A DNA stretch of 64,000 nucleotides from Selaginella moellendorffii (Eukaryota; Plantae; Lycopodiophyta). The stretch is taken from the NCBI RefSeq assembly GCF_000143415.4, contig NW_003314262.1, positions 690,721-754,720 of the forward strand, given 5' to 3'. Positions 28,699 to 43,379 of this stretch are shown one piece after another (positions within the stretch are counted from its first letter, which is position 1; the number at the start of each line of letters is the position of its first letter). The notes beneath the pieces were generated by a model. That model was given only the letters and a program-made list of their open reading frames with translations. It had not been told where the DNA came from and did not search any database. Both the position numbers and the translations under genes were made by a program.

Positions 28699-28746
28699 GA
28701 TTCGTTCGTTCATTCATTCATTCATTCATTCATTCATTTCATTCAT
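28699..28746. repeat. (GTTC)/(ATTC)n microsatellite
   Basis: Visible tetranucleotide run between the ALA and Rab23 stop codons. Confidence 0.85.
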
Positions 28747-28764
28747 GTCAGTCACCCCGTCACG

Positions 28765-29846
<1,082 letters not shown>

Positions 29847-29855
29847 TGCGAACAT

Positions 29856-29995
29856 GGTGGGCAGTTTGCTTGCTCTCCAAACGGGTGGTGCCACGTGGTT
29901 TTAGGGCTTGTCTGTTGTTTGCACGGAGGAGGGGATACATATCATCCTCCCGCGCTTTTTGCCGGCTGCGCACACCCCTGCCGCCCGCAAAAGAG
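29856..29995. promoter_or_regulatory. Putative bidirectional promoter of Rab23/CCDC40 with G-box and telo-box-like motif
   Basis: 140-nt head-to-head spacer; CACGTG at 29892-29897; TTAGGGCTT at 29901-29909. Confidence 0.5.
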
Positions 29996-32900
29996 ATGGC
30001 GGCGGGCAGTGAGGAGGAGCAAGACAAGCTTGTGGTGAAGCTGAATGAGCATCCATCGCTGGTCGGGGCTCAGGAGGCCCTCAGGGCGGAGCTGTCCCGT
30101 AAGAAGGAGGATCTGCGCGACAGGGTCCGGGAGAAACAGGTGCTCCTCGCCAGCGCCACCAGGCGAAGAGAGGAAGTGGGCGTGCAGCTCTATGGCTTGC
30201 AGAAGACTCTGGCCAGCATCCACATTGCTGTGACCAAGACCGAGGACGTGCTTGCTGCCCGGGTGGAAGAGCAGGAAAAGGTTCTAAGCTAATCAAAGTT
30301 TGCACCGCCCTTTGAATCATCCTTGTCCAGGCCAAGGCACAACTGCTGGATGCTCAAGTCTCATACAAGGACAGATGGAGCGAGATGAACGCCATGCAAG
30401 ACAAGCTCGAGGCGTGCCACATCGACCTGGACAACCTGGCCTCGACGCTCAAGCAGGTGGACAGCTACAACGACAAGCTCAAGAGCGACATCGCCGTCAG
30501 CCGGCGGGCCACATACGCCATGGAGGAGATCATCTCCAAAGCCGAGAAAGGCAAAAAGGACCAAGACTTTTACATTGCCGTCCAGCAGGAGCGGTTGAGG
30601 CGCTACTACCAGAGGCAGGCCCTGTGCAGGGCCCAGTTCGAAGGTATGTCAACACTAAAGCCGACCTGCGCTACATGTTTTTGTGTGTGTGTGCGTGTGT
30701 GTGTGTGTGTGTGTGGCTTGAGTGTGTACAGCTCAACAGCGGGAGACCAAGATGGCTGTGGCGGCACTGTCGGAATTTGGAATTGAAATGGAGAGTATCA
30801 ATACAGAGAAGAAACAGCTGACCGACCAGTGGAAGTCGGCACTGATTGTGTTGGGACGCTGCGACGAGGCCCTGCAGGTAACATGTTGAAATATGCTCTG
30901 CTGCTCCTGGCTTCATTCAGCCTGCTTTAGCTGCTTGGTCTAGCCAGGCCTTGGTGGATGCTGCAAGCAAGCAAAGAGAGCAAGACCTGTCCATACAGGG
31001 AGAGAAACACCGGTACCGCAAGGACATAAGGCTGGAGCGTGACAAGGGCGATACCAAGCTGGCGCTGCTCAAGAAGTATGGCTCGCAGATCAAGCATCTC
31101 AACAAGCGGATCACCAAAGTCGCTGCTAAGCGCAACACCGTGCTGCAAAAGTACGCAGCCATGATGCTGACAATGGAAGAGACGGAGAGGAGCGAGGTCA
31201 AGGTGAAGGAGGAAAGGGATGTCCTCGAGCAAGACTACAAGGTAACAATAGGTGTCTTGTGAGCATTGCTGATGCATGCATGGCTTGGGCAGGTGATTGA
31301 AAAGGCTTACCTCAAGCAGTGCCAGACAATCAATGACCTCGAGACGAAGATGCTGGTGGGGCTCAGCGAGCAAATCACGCTCGAGAGGTCGGCCCAACAA
31401 GTCGTCCAAGGAACGCTGCAGCTCCGGCAGGAGATCAGGCACGAGCACATGATGGCGACGGAGATCGAGTACGAGCTCGCACGGATCCGGGTGGACACGT
31501 TGACCGTGCAAAGCTATAACCAAACCATTAGCGATGCGCTGGCCTCGCTAGACGACGAGGTGCAGCAAAAGATGTCGCTCATCTCCAAGATGCAAGCCGA
31601 AACCCGGCAGCGGCACAGCGAGATCGATGTCAAGACCAAAGAGATTGACAAGCTTAACAAGCAGTACGACAAACTCACTGCCAACTTGGTGGACAAGAGC
31701 GCAACCCCCTTTGAAAACATTGTTGCAAATATCCGCTACGAGATTGCCGTCAAGATACGGGCCTCGTCCGAACTGCAAAAGCAGTGGCTGGGGATCCAAA
31801 CGGAGCTTGTCAGCATCACCACCGAGAACCATGCCCTGGCGCAGAAAGGCCGGAAGCTGGACAAGGATCGCATTACCCTGGAGCAACGCAAGTTAAGGCT
31901 GGAAAAGGACCTAGGAACTCTCACAAAGTACATCAAGGATGTCGACAAGAATGTCCAGATGAAGCACGGCATTGTCACCAAGTATGTCGTCGCCACTCTC
32001 AAGGACCTCATATTATTCTACTCCACTTGTTTTCCTCAGGCTCAACGAGCTCTTAGCGAAAAACGCCAGCATGAAGGAAATGTTGACCAAGGAGAACCTC
32101 CTGCTCAAAAACAGCAACGATTTAGCCATCCAGGAGCTGCAGCAAGAGGCACTGAGGATTGAGTACCTGAGGGAAGATTGCAACTTGGAGAAATCGGACG
32201 TTAGTCGTGAGGTCACAGAGCTTCAAAACCATGTCATACTATGGAAGAGAAAGATCAACTTTGAGAAAGAAACCCAGGTAGGCTCGTGCCGGGCAGAATA
32301 CATATAAAGTCTTGGTTGCTCCTCGCAGGCAGCCCTTCTCCAGGCCATGATGTCGCCATCTGCTATCCTTGGAGCCATGAAGAAAGAGTACGAGCGCTTG
32401 AAGTGGGAGCTTAATGCCCTCAACATTCAGAAGGAGAAGCTAGTAGCCGAAGTTCAAACGCGGGTTCTCAACCGCAAGTCAATCGGCATCAAAGTGCAGG
32501 TGTCTTGCAACTCGAATCCATGGCTACACACACACGCGCGCTTGCATGCATGTCGTGCAGGCCAGCAACAGCAGGAAGGAAACCGCACACGAGCCCGACG
32601 CTCCAGAGGCGCTTCTCACCAAAGCGTGCATGGAATTGAAGAGAAACATACGGGAGGTTAACGCCGATGCGTCAGCTGTGGACGAGAAGATGGTTCGGCT
32701 TCAGTCTCAGCTCCAAACACACGCTGACAAGCATGTGGAGATTGACAACGCCATAACAGCAATCCAGCAGGAGCAGGAGGCGCTCAGGTTTGCTCCTTTA
32801 TAGTCGCGTGCTTGTTATACGTGGATTTCTGTGTCCAGGTCGAGGCTGGTCGCTGCCCGGCCCGTCAAGTCCTTTAAGGTCTTGGCCACTGCTATACACC

Positions 32901-33106
32901 ACCGCATGGTCAAGAGACACCAGGACCTTCAAGCAAACAAGTGGAAGGTCGCCATTAAAGTAGACCTTGACACGGATTGGGAAGAAGCTCGTAAGAAAGC
33001 AGGGATACTGACCGAAGTCCTGCTTTCTTTCCAGGACGACCTACCGATGCTCTGGTCCAAGTTCGACACAATGTTGGTACAATTACGCTTGGCCCTCGAG
33101 ATATAA
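29996..33106 (+). CDS. CCDC40: CCDC40/FAP172-like axonemal ruler coiled-coil protein, multi-exon
   Basis: HP...QEAL...RREEVGVQLYGLQKTLA; KSDIAVSRRAT; KKDQDFYI; LQKQWLGIQTELV; ILWKRKINFEKETQ: pattern recalled from CCDC40 orthologs. Confidence 0.78.
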
Positions 33107-34174
33107 TCACAGTCTCTTCATAAACTGATCGTACGCTGTGAACATGACCATACACGAGGTTCCCACCCACAGTATCCTTGAGCTCATGCCACTTGTAAAA
33201 CCTTTGATTCCTTCTTTCTTCCAGATCTTTTGAGCCGCATCCAGCGTGCCCTTGTACTGCTTGCTTTTGCCTTGCACTTGTAACCTAGTCTTTACCACAT
33301 CCTGTGGGAAATTCCAAACCTTGAGGAGAATGAATTGGAAGGAGAGCTGCCAACCATTGGATTTGTGCATGCACTAGCAACGGACGCACTAAGAAAGGAG
33401 CTGGAGAGCTCCCAGTGCATGCCGAGTTGCTCCTTCGACTCCACTCCCGTGTATCGGACCGCAAGCATCTTTGTTCTCTCCCATAGTGGTAAATAGATGG
33501 CGTTGTAAGGACCCCATACCATCTGGGCCAGCAGGAAACCCCTGTACAATGCTCCTAATCCCTCCTGTGCATATATCGTCCGCGCTGCATCTAAAGAACC
33601 CTGACACAACCAAAAGTTCGACAACCGATGCAGCACATTCGAACCTTGTAAGCTGGCTGTCCAGCCGTATGAACCATTTGTCGCTGCCGAACAACCTCAA
33701 GGGGGACGCTTACTAGCGATTGCACCAGTGTGGCAAAGAGGCCTCCACAAAAGTGCACAACAGGATTTTCTTGACCCCCTGCGGAGCACGGCTTAGATGT
33801 CGCACTAGAGAGGACAAAGAAAAGAGACCTGGCACGATTGCCTTGATAGTTTGGTACGTGGACATGTACAAAGCCTGTGATGGAGCAACTTGTACAACAG
33901 AAGCATATCCTTTGTAAAGAGTTCTCCATCCCTCTTGTCTGGCAATAGTAGTCAACGCGTCAAATGGGCCATTGTATTTGTATGATCCCCCAACCTGAAA
34001 GGGTTGTTGTCAGGAGGAAATAGCAAAAGAAGGAGATTGTGCCAAAGGGATCACCATCAGTCGAGATTTAACAGTCATCAACGGGTAAACCAGACTGTCT
34101 GCCAGCATTCCAGCGCAAGCTGCTGCCGTCATCTGCTTTAAAACGTCGCTTCGAAAGTCGTTCCCATTTCCCAT
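33107..34174 (-). CDS. Mitochondrial carrier family (SLC25) protein, SAM-carrier-like, multi-exon
   Basis: Three carrier repeats: YPLMTVKSRLM, VPLEVVRQRQ, NPMDVVKTRLQ; EGWRTLYKG, EGLGALYRG, EGIKGFTSG; start MGNGNDF. Confidence 0.88.
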
Positions 34175-37100
34175 TGAGTATCTTACAATTTAAGAAAGAA
34201 TTCACACAGATTGTGCTTGCTAGACAAAAGGGGCTAGGGTTCCGTTCAACCGTCTTTTCAAGCAGAAAAACCACGATAAGCGAAAAAATTTCTTGCTTCC
34301 TTCTGCCCAATTCGTCTAAATGCTTGGGTACAGCAAGCAGAACTTACCTTTCTGTTTAAAATTCTTAATCTCTTCATAGCCCTTCAAACTCTATCGTCAA
34401 CCTGGCTGAGTAGCTCCTGTGTTTCTGAACCGACTTGTCATGAAATGGACTTGCATTTGGAATCCCGATTCTTTTGCTTTCTTGAGCTCCTGTCTGAGCA
34501 TTCTTTTTGCAGACAGCTTTGGAGTGTGCGGCATAATTGTTTATCCAGTTGATGGATGGATCCTTCAAATTCTGCTACTTCATCCTATCGTAGACAAGCC
34601 CCGTCCCACTTGTGTCACAGCCAGGAGCTGCAAGAAAACTCTGGCATGAACTTTTGTTAGATTGTGCCTTCTCTGAGTTTCTATAAAATAAAATTATGTG
34701 AAACCTTCATGAAGTGGCTAATGAGGAAAATAGGAACTGCTCTCCAATTTTTGGTGTAGCTATTTAGAAGAACCCGACATTGCAAAAGCTTCATTGAACA
34801 AAGCTAAATTGACTTTTATTCCCATCCTTTAAGGACATTCATAGATGCATTGTGCATTGAGGCCAAATCCAGCTGAAGAGTTGACTACTACACAATGCTC
34901 AAGTCCTGACAGACATAGAGATTTACCAATGACAAGTGTGCAGAAACAACACTGCTGGATGTAAATATTGAGGACATGAGCGCAATTAAAGTTAGTCTCG
35001 CTGTGTATAGAGTACTTTAAAAAAAGGCTTAAACTGCATTCTAAGTTGCCCTTACTTTGAACTGCATTCCAGGTACAGAAAGAGAAAAAGTTCTTCTCAA
35101 TGTTCTACATGAGTGACTAGATAGGTTCTTTTCTGCCAATAATGAATAATGCTGTTGCTTGCTCTATCGCTGTCCCAGAAGAAAAATGCACATCAGAGTT
35201 GCTGTTGGGTGGATGTTACTGCTAGGATTTGAGAGAAAGAAACCAGGATCACCTTTTGAGTGTGCACATCTACACACACCTTGATGGCAAATTGAGAGCG
35301 TCTTGGTCCCAAGCAATGGCCTGGTGTGCCACGGCCTGGAGGCGCCAGCCTTCATCCCAGAGGTGCTGCTGTGCATCCCCACTAGCCCTGTGGCATCGAT
35401 CACATAGCAGCATAACCAAGATTATGTTGCTAGAGGAAGGAATTTAGATAGTAATCTAGAATTATTGAATTTCAAAACAAATAGCTTCGATTCTTTTGTG
35501 AGTGATTGAAATACAGAAATTTGCATGTTGCTTATATATAGGAGCAAATGGACCAGATTGAATCAAATCCTAAAAACCCTGCTGAGGCAAATGAACCAGA
35601 TTGAATCAAATATGATAGCTTTCAAAATTCCACTAAGCTAATTAGTATTATAACTACATCATAGCCATACATGTAATCATCCCCAGTAGTTAAGGTTCTA
35701 AGTTAAGGTTCTAACTCAATGGGGATCTGGAAGAATATCATGAGGCATCAGTGGATCTGTAGATTATGCAACTTGCTATTGTTCTCTTTATATAAAATGC
35801 TTCAACCACTACACAAGTATAATTTCTAAAAGATCAATTTCTGAATGTTATATCAAACTTTATAAACTTGCAACTTACCTTGCCACAACATTTGATACAA
35901 TCTTTAGAAAACCATATACCATAAATTTGGGAAAATGAATATCCATTTTATACCTCACAATTGATGATTGGTGAGAGCTTGTAACATTGTTGTAACTAAC
36001 TGGAAACATCCTTACACCAGTTTCTATAGGGTGGGTACAAAGGTAACCTCCAAAGGTCACTTTTAATTACATGCTCATACTTGAATTGTTGAAGTTAAAA
36101 AGAGTCTAATATTTCTTATTGAGACAGTTATATTTGAGACAGTGAAACTTCAAAATGAGAAATGGATTTTCTTTTTAATAGCATGATGTGATATGCAATT
36201 TTTCCCAGTGGAATAAACTCATGCCTACATCAGGGATTTTGAAAAACTTAAACTTTTACTGCCTTTCCCCCTTAAATGTAAGCTCCTTTGTTTTCTTCTC
36301 CAAGGGTGCCATGAGCTGCTTCATTCTTCTTTTTAGTTCGTCCAAGAAGAGCAGCAAATGAGATGTTCTAGTCTGTAGAAGCTAGCAACACTGGAGACTA
36401 GCTTGAGCATCTGTCCCATTGCAAAAGTGTCAAGCATTTGTTCGTGCCTCTCTTCCACTATGCCACTTCCTTGGTCCAGTATTGTTTCCACTCTTTGTCA
36501 CTGTTAACCGACTCCTTGGCTTTCACTCCTTACTGACATAGAGCCGATATTATTACTACCTGAACAAGGTGGTGTTCTCTTTATGTTGTATTTCTCAAGA
36601 TTTATCACAACCAATGAGCAGCAGCAGTTGAGAATGATCCTGTATGACAACATTTTACCTTCAATGCAGCTCTTTAAGTCCTACTAAGTGGCTGCTCTCT
36701 GGGGACACCACAGAGACAAAGATGTAAATCAGCAATAAGCAAAATAAGTAATTATGTTACAAGCTGGTGGTAAATGATGCTAACAAAATTTACATGAACA
36801 ACTATAAAACTGATAACTTACTGATGCTTGAATAGAATACCATGGTCTCTGGCCAATCCCAGGAGCGGTCAAAGTTGGAGAGGGCTTTGTTGGAAGTAAG
36901 CTATTGCTTCATCCTTGCTTATAATGTTTAGCTATCTCAAATTGAATTTTACAAGATTGGCTCTCTTTATCCTTTGAGATGGCATTCTCCATTCATAACC
37001 ATGTTACATAAGGACCACACCAAGAAACAACTTCATACAATTTGAAAGGTGGGCATGTTGCAAACCTCATTTTCCATCATAATATTCGATGCAAATCCAA

Positions 37101-40100
37101 ATATCAGGAAGATGTCATCTTTGCCTTCCATTCACGTCTATCCTAAATTGTCAATGTTGCAGAGAATCCAGCTTTTCTGGAAAAGGTAGAAAATAATATT
37201 TGGTAAGAAATATTTTATATCAATTTTTTATTTTAATATAAATAAATTATACACACATTTTCAATTATTTGATATCATAACACTATTTTAGTAAATGGTG
37301 GACAACTTAAATCCACTACACAATCACCTGGGGAATCAGCAGCACCAACAGCAGAATAAGTTTTCTAGAAATTGTTGTGGTGATCAAAAGGAGCAAGACT
37401 TGGAGAGTGATGGTCCACAAGCAGCACCTCCACATCATGGGCCCCTAGTGTGATTGCTCCAAGAGAATTGGTACAGGGAAAAGTTCCAAGAAAAAGCTGG
37501 GATCCTTGGCATTGCCACAGATGAAAGAGTTCACACTCATGATTGAGATTGTTGCTTCAGTTATAATCCAGGTATATAATATTTAATAAATAGATGACTA
37601 GATAATTCTAAAATTACATTTTCACTAGATAAATTAGTGGGAAATTTTTGACTGGAAATGTTTGCTAGTAGAATACAAGATCCATTTTAAATCAGAATTA
37701 TAAAGACGGTTTCTCATTTCAAAGAAGACCTCAAGGATTTGTATAGCTATTAACGTTACATGTTTTATCAAATTGGGAATCTAAAAAATAGAATCAACTG
37801 TCAAATCAAGAACTAAGCACTTTTTACATCACCAAATCAGAGAAAAAAAAAGAACCCATTTTTGTTAATATGAGTATTTTGGAACTCTCATTCTTTTTAT
37901 CTGAACTCTAATGATGCCTCTAACATTCATAACTTACTAAAGAATAATAGAATTTGTATTATATATCTGGTTTTGTATTTAAAAACATATATAAGTAAAT
38001 CTATCTAGATTGCTACCAGATTTATATTATAACTCATAATCAGGCAACAAGAGAATGGTTCTAGACATTGAGAAAATATAAATTGACAGAATCTAAGAAA
38101 TGCATTATAGTTTTTTGCAACACAAGAGATGGAATGTAATTTCTCTATCATTACTGGTCAAAGAAGAAATATCTATTATAAAAATATTATTAGATTGATT
38201 AAATATTCAATACTTCAAAAAGTAAGATTTGAGCTATAGTTATATGGTGCATGAAATGTTTTGCTTTAGTTGTGTATTTATAAAGAACCTTAAGTAAGTA
38301 GCTTGTGTTTCTTGTTTACCTTTCTTCTTGTGTACTAAGAGGTTTTGGTTCTTATATCATACATAAACAACCTTCAAGGCCAATGTAGAAATAATACTTT
38401 GTAATGACAAATCATGAAAAATTTATTATAGTTTTAGCAAGACTGATACCTGGAACACTATGATACAATATAATACTAAACATAGAAATATTGTTAATTA
38501 AATTTATAAGTTATTCAAGTGTATTTATGTTACATAGTGTTTTATCACTATTTTCCTGATAGTAAACCAGAAGTTCGATTAGTGAAAGATAATAAATACT
38601 TGAAGTTTCTTAATGGTTTCCAAATACAGCACAACTATGTGTCACATTTATGAGAATGATACAACTCTACTGGGAAAGATAGAAAATAACATTTTTTAAA
38701 AAACCATTTATATTAGATTACTTATAAATTAAAATATTAATACACCCTAAAACCTTTCTAATAAGAACATACTTTACTAATAGATCAATAGTGTGTCAAA
38801 CATTTTATAACTTTTAATATAAAAGAGAACTCTTATAAAAATTAAATGAACAAGAGATAAAATACTTGAGAAAAAAAAACTTAGATAAATGGAAGGAAAG
38901 TTTAAGATAATAAAAAAACTTGTTTATATGAAGTTTTTAAGAAAAGTGATTTAGGCTAAAAAGTAGTACAACAGTTCTAAATTAAATATCTAGACTGGTA
39001 GGAATAAAGTTAAAAATAATAAAAAATACTTAATCAGGATTATCATTAGGTAATAACATGCTAGTAAGCTATCTATCGAAGTTATTGTTTCAAAAGCTTT
39101 TAGAAATTTTGAAACCCTTAACAATTTTATACAAGATTGTCACTAGCCAAAGGATTTTTAAATCGTATTTAGATAAATATCTAAAAACTTTCAATTTAAT
39201 ATTAATATATCTTTTAAATTATTAAACATTACTTATTATTCAACAATTATCTAAAGGATAACATGATTAAAAATACTTAGATTATAAAATGATTAATATT
39301 TCAACTATAAACTTAGGTCCTATATACATAATAACGTTATTATAATTGCCTATGGTTCTTTATAAATTTAATAAAATTACATTATTAATATATAATAAAA
39401 TATACGGTTGTAGTTTTTTATTTTTATTTTAAAATAATAAATATTGTTGCATCAAGCTTATCAATTGTGAATAAAGTGTTATTTATGCATTTTTCCTCTC
39501 TACTTCTTCATTCTCTTGCATCATAAATTAGATTGTTGATACTTAGATTATAAAGAACATAATAATAAAAGTATAAACTGAGCTCTAATATATTACTATG
39601 TACACAAAGAATATAATGATATTTAATATTTTGAAAGTATAATATAATACCATTAAGATATAATAAAAATTATTTTCCAAAGAATTGTTTTAAAATGAAC
39701 ATATAATTCACATATTTACAGCTGACATTTATATTAATTTTAAGATGGATGTTTTAGAAAACTCTACTCTGAAGACTTAAAATGATTTAGAAAATTATTC
39801 TTTCTTATAAATATTCTCAAAAGATAATGATATGTTTGAGATATCCTCAAAAATTGCATGTTTTGGATTATAAATACATATCACCAAAGATTTCTCTAAG
39901 TATCAGAAAAAAAATTACTTTCTGATATAAATACTAATTTTTATTTCAAAAGAGTAGCAACCTCTCTTATATTGTCTTTTTTGCTTCAAATTCCAAATCC
40001 ATTATATGCTTTTGAACTAAAAACCTTCTACAGCCCAAATATTAAATTATTTTTTTTAATATTTAAAATTGTGTTTGTTTTTTTTTTTATTTCTTTAGCA

Positions 40101-40161
40101 GTATCTAAAATATTTCATTGTGAATAAGTTGCATATTTTTCATTATTTTTTAAAAAACTTC

Positions 40162-40910
40162 TGTGAGGGCCAAGTGTATGGCTATGATGCTGTATACTAA
40201 TATTAGCATAGTGGGATTTTCGTAAACGTCGGATTGGATTCAATCTGAACCACTCGCTCTTGTATATAAGTTAGGGTTTTTGGGCTAATAGATATGCACA
40301 TTTTATGTATTCCCTTTCCATATTCCAAGCACTCACATTGGTGGACGTGAGTGGCATCTTTGATTGTCCTCGAGGAGTGCTTGGATTTGGGATTTTGGTT
40401 TAGATCTAGCTTTCTGTATTGTCTAGATCTACCATTTCCTTTTAGCTTTTTGTCATTTATCTTCTTTTGCTTTTTCTTTTTCGTTCATCTTCATGGTAGA
40501 TGAGCAATCTCCTCCTTTAACTCTGGAGCAGCAGTTGGTACAATTGCTTGATGCTATATGCAATTGAACAACAAAACTCAGTTGATGGCGGCATTCACGG
40601 CACATGGTACAACTCCTCCTGCTCTTGGTGCCAATCCTCGTGTTCAGCCAGAGTTCTTTCGTGGGAATCTTGGGGATGACATGTACCATTGATTTGATCA
40701 CTTCACGGTGATTGCCACATATCATTCTTGGGATGATGCTCAACGTTTGTGTGAATTTTCCACATGTCTCCAAGGGACAGCATTGCAGTGGTACAATAGT
40801 TTTAGTGCAGCCACTCATGGGGATTGGAGTGTTCTCTCGGATGTCTTCAAATGCGCCTTCAGACATGCTGACGACTGTGATGATGCTTTTCAACAATTGC
40901 ATCGTCTTTG
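40162..40910 (+). mobile_element. Truncated Ty3/gypsy-like LTR retrotransposon A: 176-bp LTR (40162-40337), PBS-like site, degenerate gag
   Basis: TGTGAG...CTCACA inverted termini, then TGGTGGAC; gag-like IATYHSWDDAQRL..FSTCLQGTALQWY...DWSVLSDVFKCAF. Confidence 0.7.
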
Positions 40911-42450
40911 TGTAAAGAACCGACTCCCCGAGATGTCGTAGGCTAAAGGATCCCCGAAAGCTTGACCGAAATGACAAAGAGTTCATCGGATGGGACCGAG
41001 TCAAAGATCGAGTCCAAGACCAACTCTAAGATCGAGTTCGAGATAGAGTCCGAGATCGAGCCGAGGCCAAATCGGAGACCGAGATTGAGACCGAGTTCGA
41101 GACAGAGTCCAAGATCCAAATCGGGTCCGAGACCGAGTCCAAGGTCGAGTCGGAAATCGAGTCCGAGATCGGGTCTGAGATCGAGTTTGAGATCGAGTCC
41201 GAGACTGAATCCAAAGTCGGGTCCAAAATCAACTCCGAGATCGAATCTGAGACTAAGTCCAAATACTAATACGGGTCAAGGGGTGAAAGCCCAAAGCGTG
41301 CGTCTCCCGGGGGGGGGGGGGCTGCAGGGGTTCCAAAAGTATAGTAGGGATAGTGAGGTCTAGGAACCAGTCTTGAAGGAACTCTCCAGTGGTGCTTCCA
41401 AACTGACTTGAGGTTGAGACTGGGGCCGAGGGGCCTTGGGTGGGAGTGAGCATGGGCTTGGGTGGTGTCGGAGGGGCCACCCAGGGAAGTGCTCAAGAGC
41501 AGCTCCCACTCCCGAAAGGGAAACTGACTGCAGTGCTCCCAACTCATGTGGAGTGGTGCCCCACTTGAGTACCTTGTGGCTCATTGGTCCTCGCCCTTCC
41601 TAGGGGCTTGGGCCTTCCCTTCGGGATGGAAGTGGGGGGGGGGGGCAGAGGTACCCATACCGGGCCATTAGGCCACGGTGTTTCACCTTGATGTCCCGAA
41701 GCAAGTGTTGTACCTAAGGCTTGGGATTAGAGGGTCCCATGATCAAGTTTTGTTGTACCAAGGGGTGTTAGGAACTTGGAGGCTTGGTGTGCTTGGCTGC
41801 TTGTGCCTGTGGGGAGTGTAGCCAAACCTTAAGTCCAGTCTAACCCGGGGAGGGGGATTGGGAGAGATTTGGGAATCCGTGGATAGAAGGCTAACGCTCC
41901 ATTGCTCATGCAGTGAGTAGCTAAAACTAAGTAGGACCAAATAGGAGCTGGTACAATAGGCGAGAACCTTGGCGAGGGAACTTAGCACAAGCCAAGGAAG
42001 TGTTGGTCGGATAGACAAGGTAAGCTGGCAAATTAGAAAGGAAAAATTTGTGGCTTACAATTTGGTATCGGAGCCTTTTCCTCAGTTCTAGCGAAGGATA
42101 GAGGCGGATTGCTGGGAAATGGCAAAGGCAGGGCATAAGCGAACCCAGGCAAAGACAGAACCTCCGCCAGAGTTGGAGCCTCCGGTTGAACAAGAGCCTA
42201 TGGATGAGGAATCCATGCATGAGGAGGACTCCGGTGAGGAAACTTCCAAACAGGAGTCCGGTGGCGAGGTTCGGTTGTCCAAGGCTCGATTGGACGTTCT
42301 AGAAGGACAATTGGCGCAGACCAACACCCTGCTGGAGACTTTCATACGCAAGCTAAAGCGTGATGAGAAGCGAAAGAAAAAGTGAAAAACTACGGATGCT
42401 GGCAGCACAGAGGGTGCGGACCCTTTGGTAGGGACTGAGGCAAAACCGAT
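40911..42450 (+). mobile_element. Truncated LTR retrotransposon B nested in A: ~1.15-kb LTR (40911-42059), tRNA-iMet PBS, start of gag
   Basis: TGTAA...TTACA termini; TGGTATCGGAGCC at 42063-42075 (near-canonical TGGTATCAGAGC); ORF from 42120 MAKAGHKRTQ...LEGQLAQTNTLL. Confidence 0.72.
40995..41262. repeat. Degenerate 6/12-bp tandem repeat (CCGAGA/TCGAGT) inside LTR B
   Basis: Periodic gagatcgagtcc units; they produce the low-complexity ORFs 40962-41363 and 41026-41262. Confidence 0.85.
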
Positions 42451-42495
42451 GCCAGATGCCATATGCCAATAGCACGTTTAAATAAGGGAGTATGA
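42451..42495 (-). mobile_element. Helitron-type 5' terminus
   Basis: Reverse complement reads A|TCATACTCCCTTATTTAAACGTGCTATTGGCATATGGCATC; near-identical to 56702-56745. Confidence 0.65.
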
Positions 42496-43022
42496 TTTTG
42501 GCATCAGTGTCTCCATTTTTAGAATATCCATTTTTACTTATGGTGGATGCTCCCAATCGAACAGACTTAATCTATGATGCTCCAAAAGAACAGTGAAGAT
42601 CATTACATGGTGGCAAAAACGGTGGCACCTCTTGAATTCTAGATTCGTAGCTTTGGAAATTTTAGGTTTAAGGAAACCAAATTTATCAAGCAAGATCCTA
42701 CAGTTCTTTACAGTTCTTTACAGACCTTGGATATTGAAATATGAAGCCAGGTATGATGAATTTGTAACCACTTTTGTACACTAATTCCATATTGTTTGTT
42801 GTAGATTTTCTATCGTTATAGAATTGAAAGGCAGAGTTTATGGTTGCGGTATTCTTGCAGTGGTCTGGGTGGGATAAAATCCTAAAATTTTGTGTTGTAT
42901 AGCTGTTTTACAGTTTTGGAGCTGAAGTGTTTGCTCGAAATTTCCCAGCGAGGAGTGCACTGGCGATGCAGCAGCTTTGTGCACTGGCACTCTCAAGTTA
43001 TCATCACTGCAGCCACTGATAT
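42496..43022 (+). repeat. ~530-bp direct repeat copy 1 (copy 2 ~48980-49513), Helitron 5' subterminal region
   Basis: Near-identical from ttttggcatcagtgtc through gccacYgatat in both copies. Confidence 0.9.
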
Positions 43023-43379
43023 GAACGTGAGTGGCCGGTCAATCGATCAGATGCCATAGCTGAGTGCCAATGCCATACCATTTTAGGGGTTCTTCCTCCT
43101 CCAAGTTGTCCAGATAACTGGCTGAGTAAATCCCAGGCTGTTGACTGGAAATCCACAGCAGCGTGGCAGTCACTGCCTTCCTGACATTCTCGAGTTTTCT
43201 CAACAAGTGGTACCATGAGACGGTGCTCAAGCCGGGACAGCCTCCACTTCCACCGGGATCTTTGGCAACGTGGCTGCTTTTCTCAGAGTCTTCAAGTCTG
43301 GAAGACCGACTACATTGCAAAGCTGAGTGATCTTGTACTTTCTTTCGCTTGTTTAACTTGCGCTTTTTCTTGGTTTCAG

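Noticed and set aside
37640-37672. TTTGCTAGTA resembling another Helitron 3' end
   Set aside because: The hairpin's left arm is missing and no 5' motif follows; too degenerate to call.
40962-41363. Ser/Arg/Pro-rich ORF resembling an SR protein, or a CRISPR-like array
   Set aside because: Product of a degenerate 6/12-bp tandem repeat inside an LTR; no unique spacers and no cas genes.
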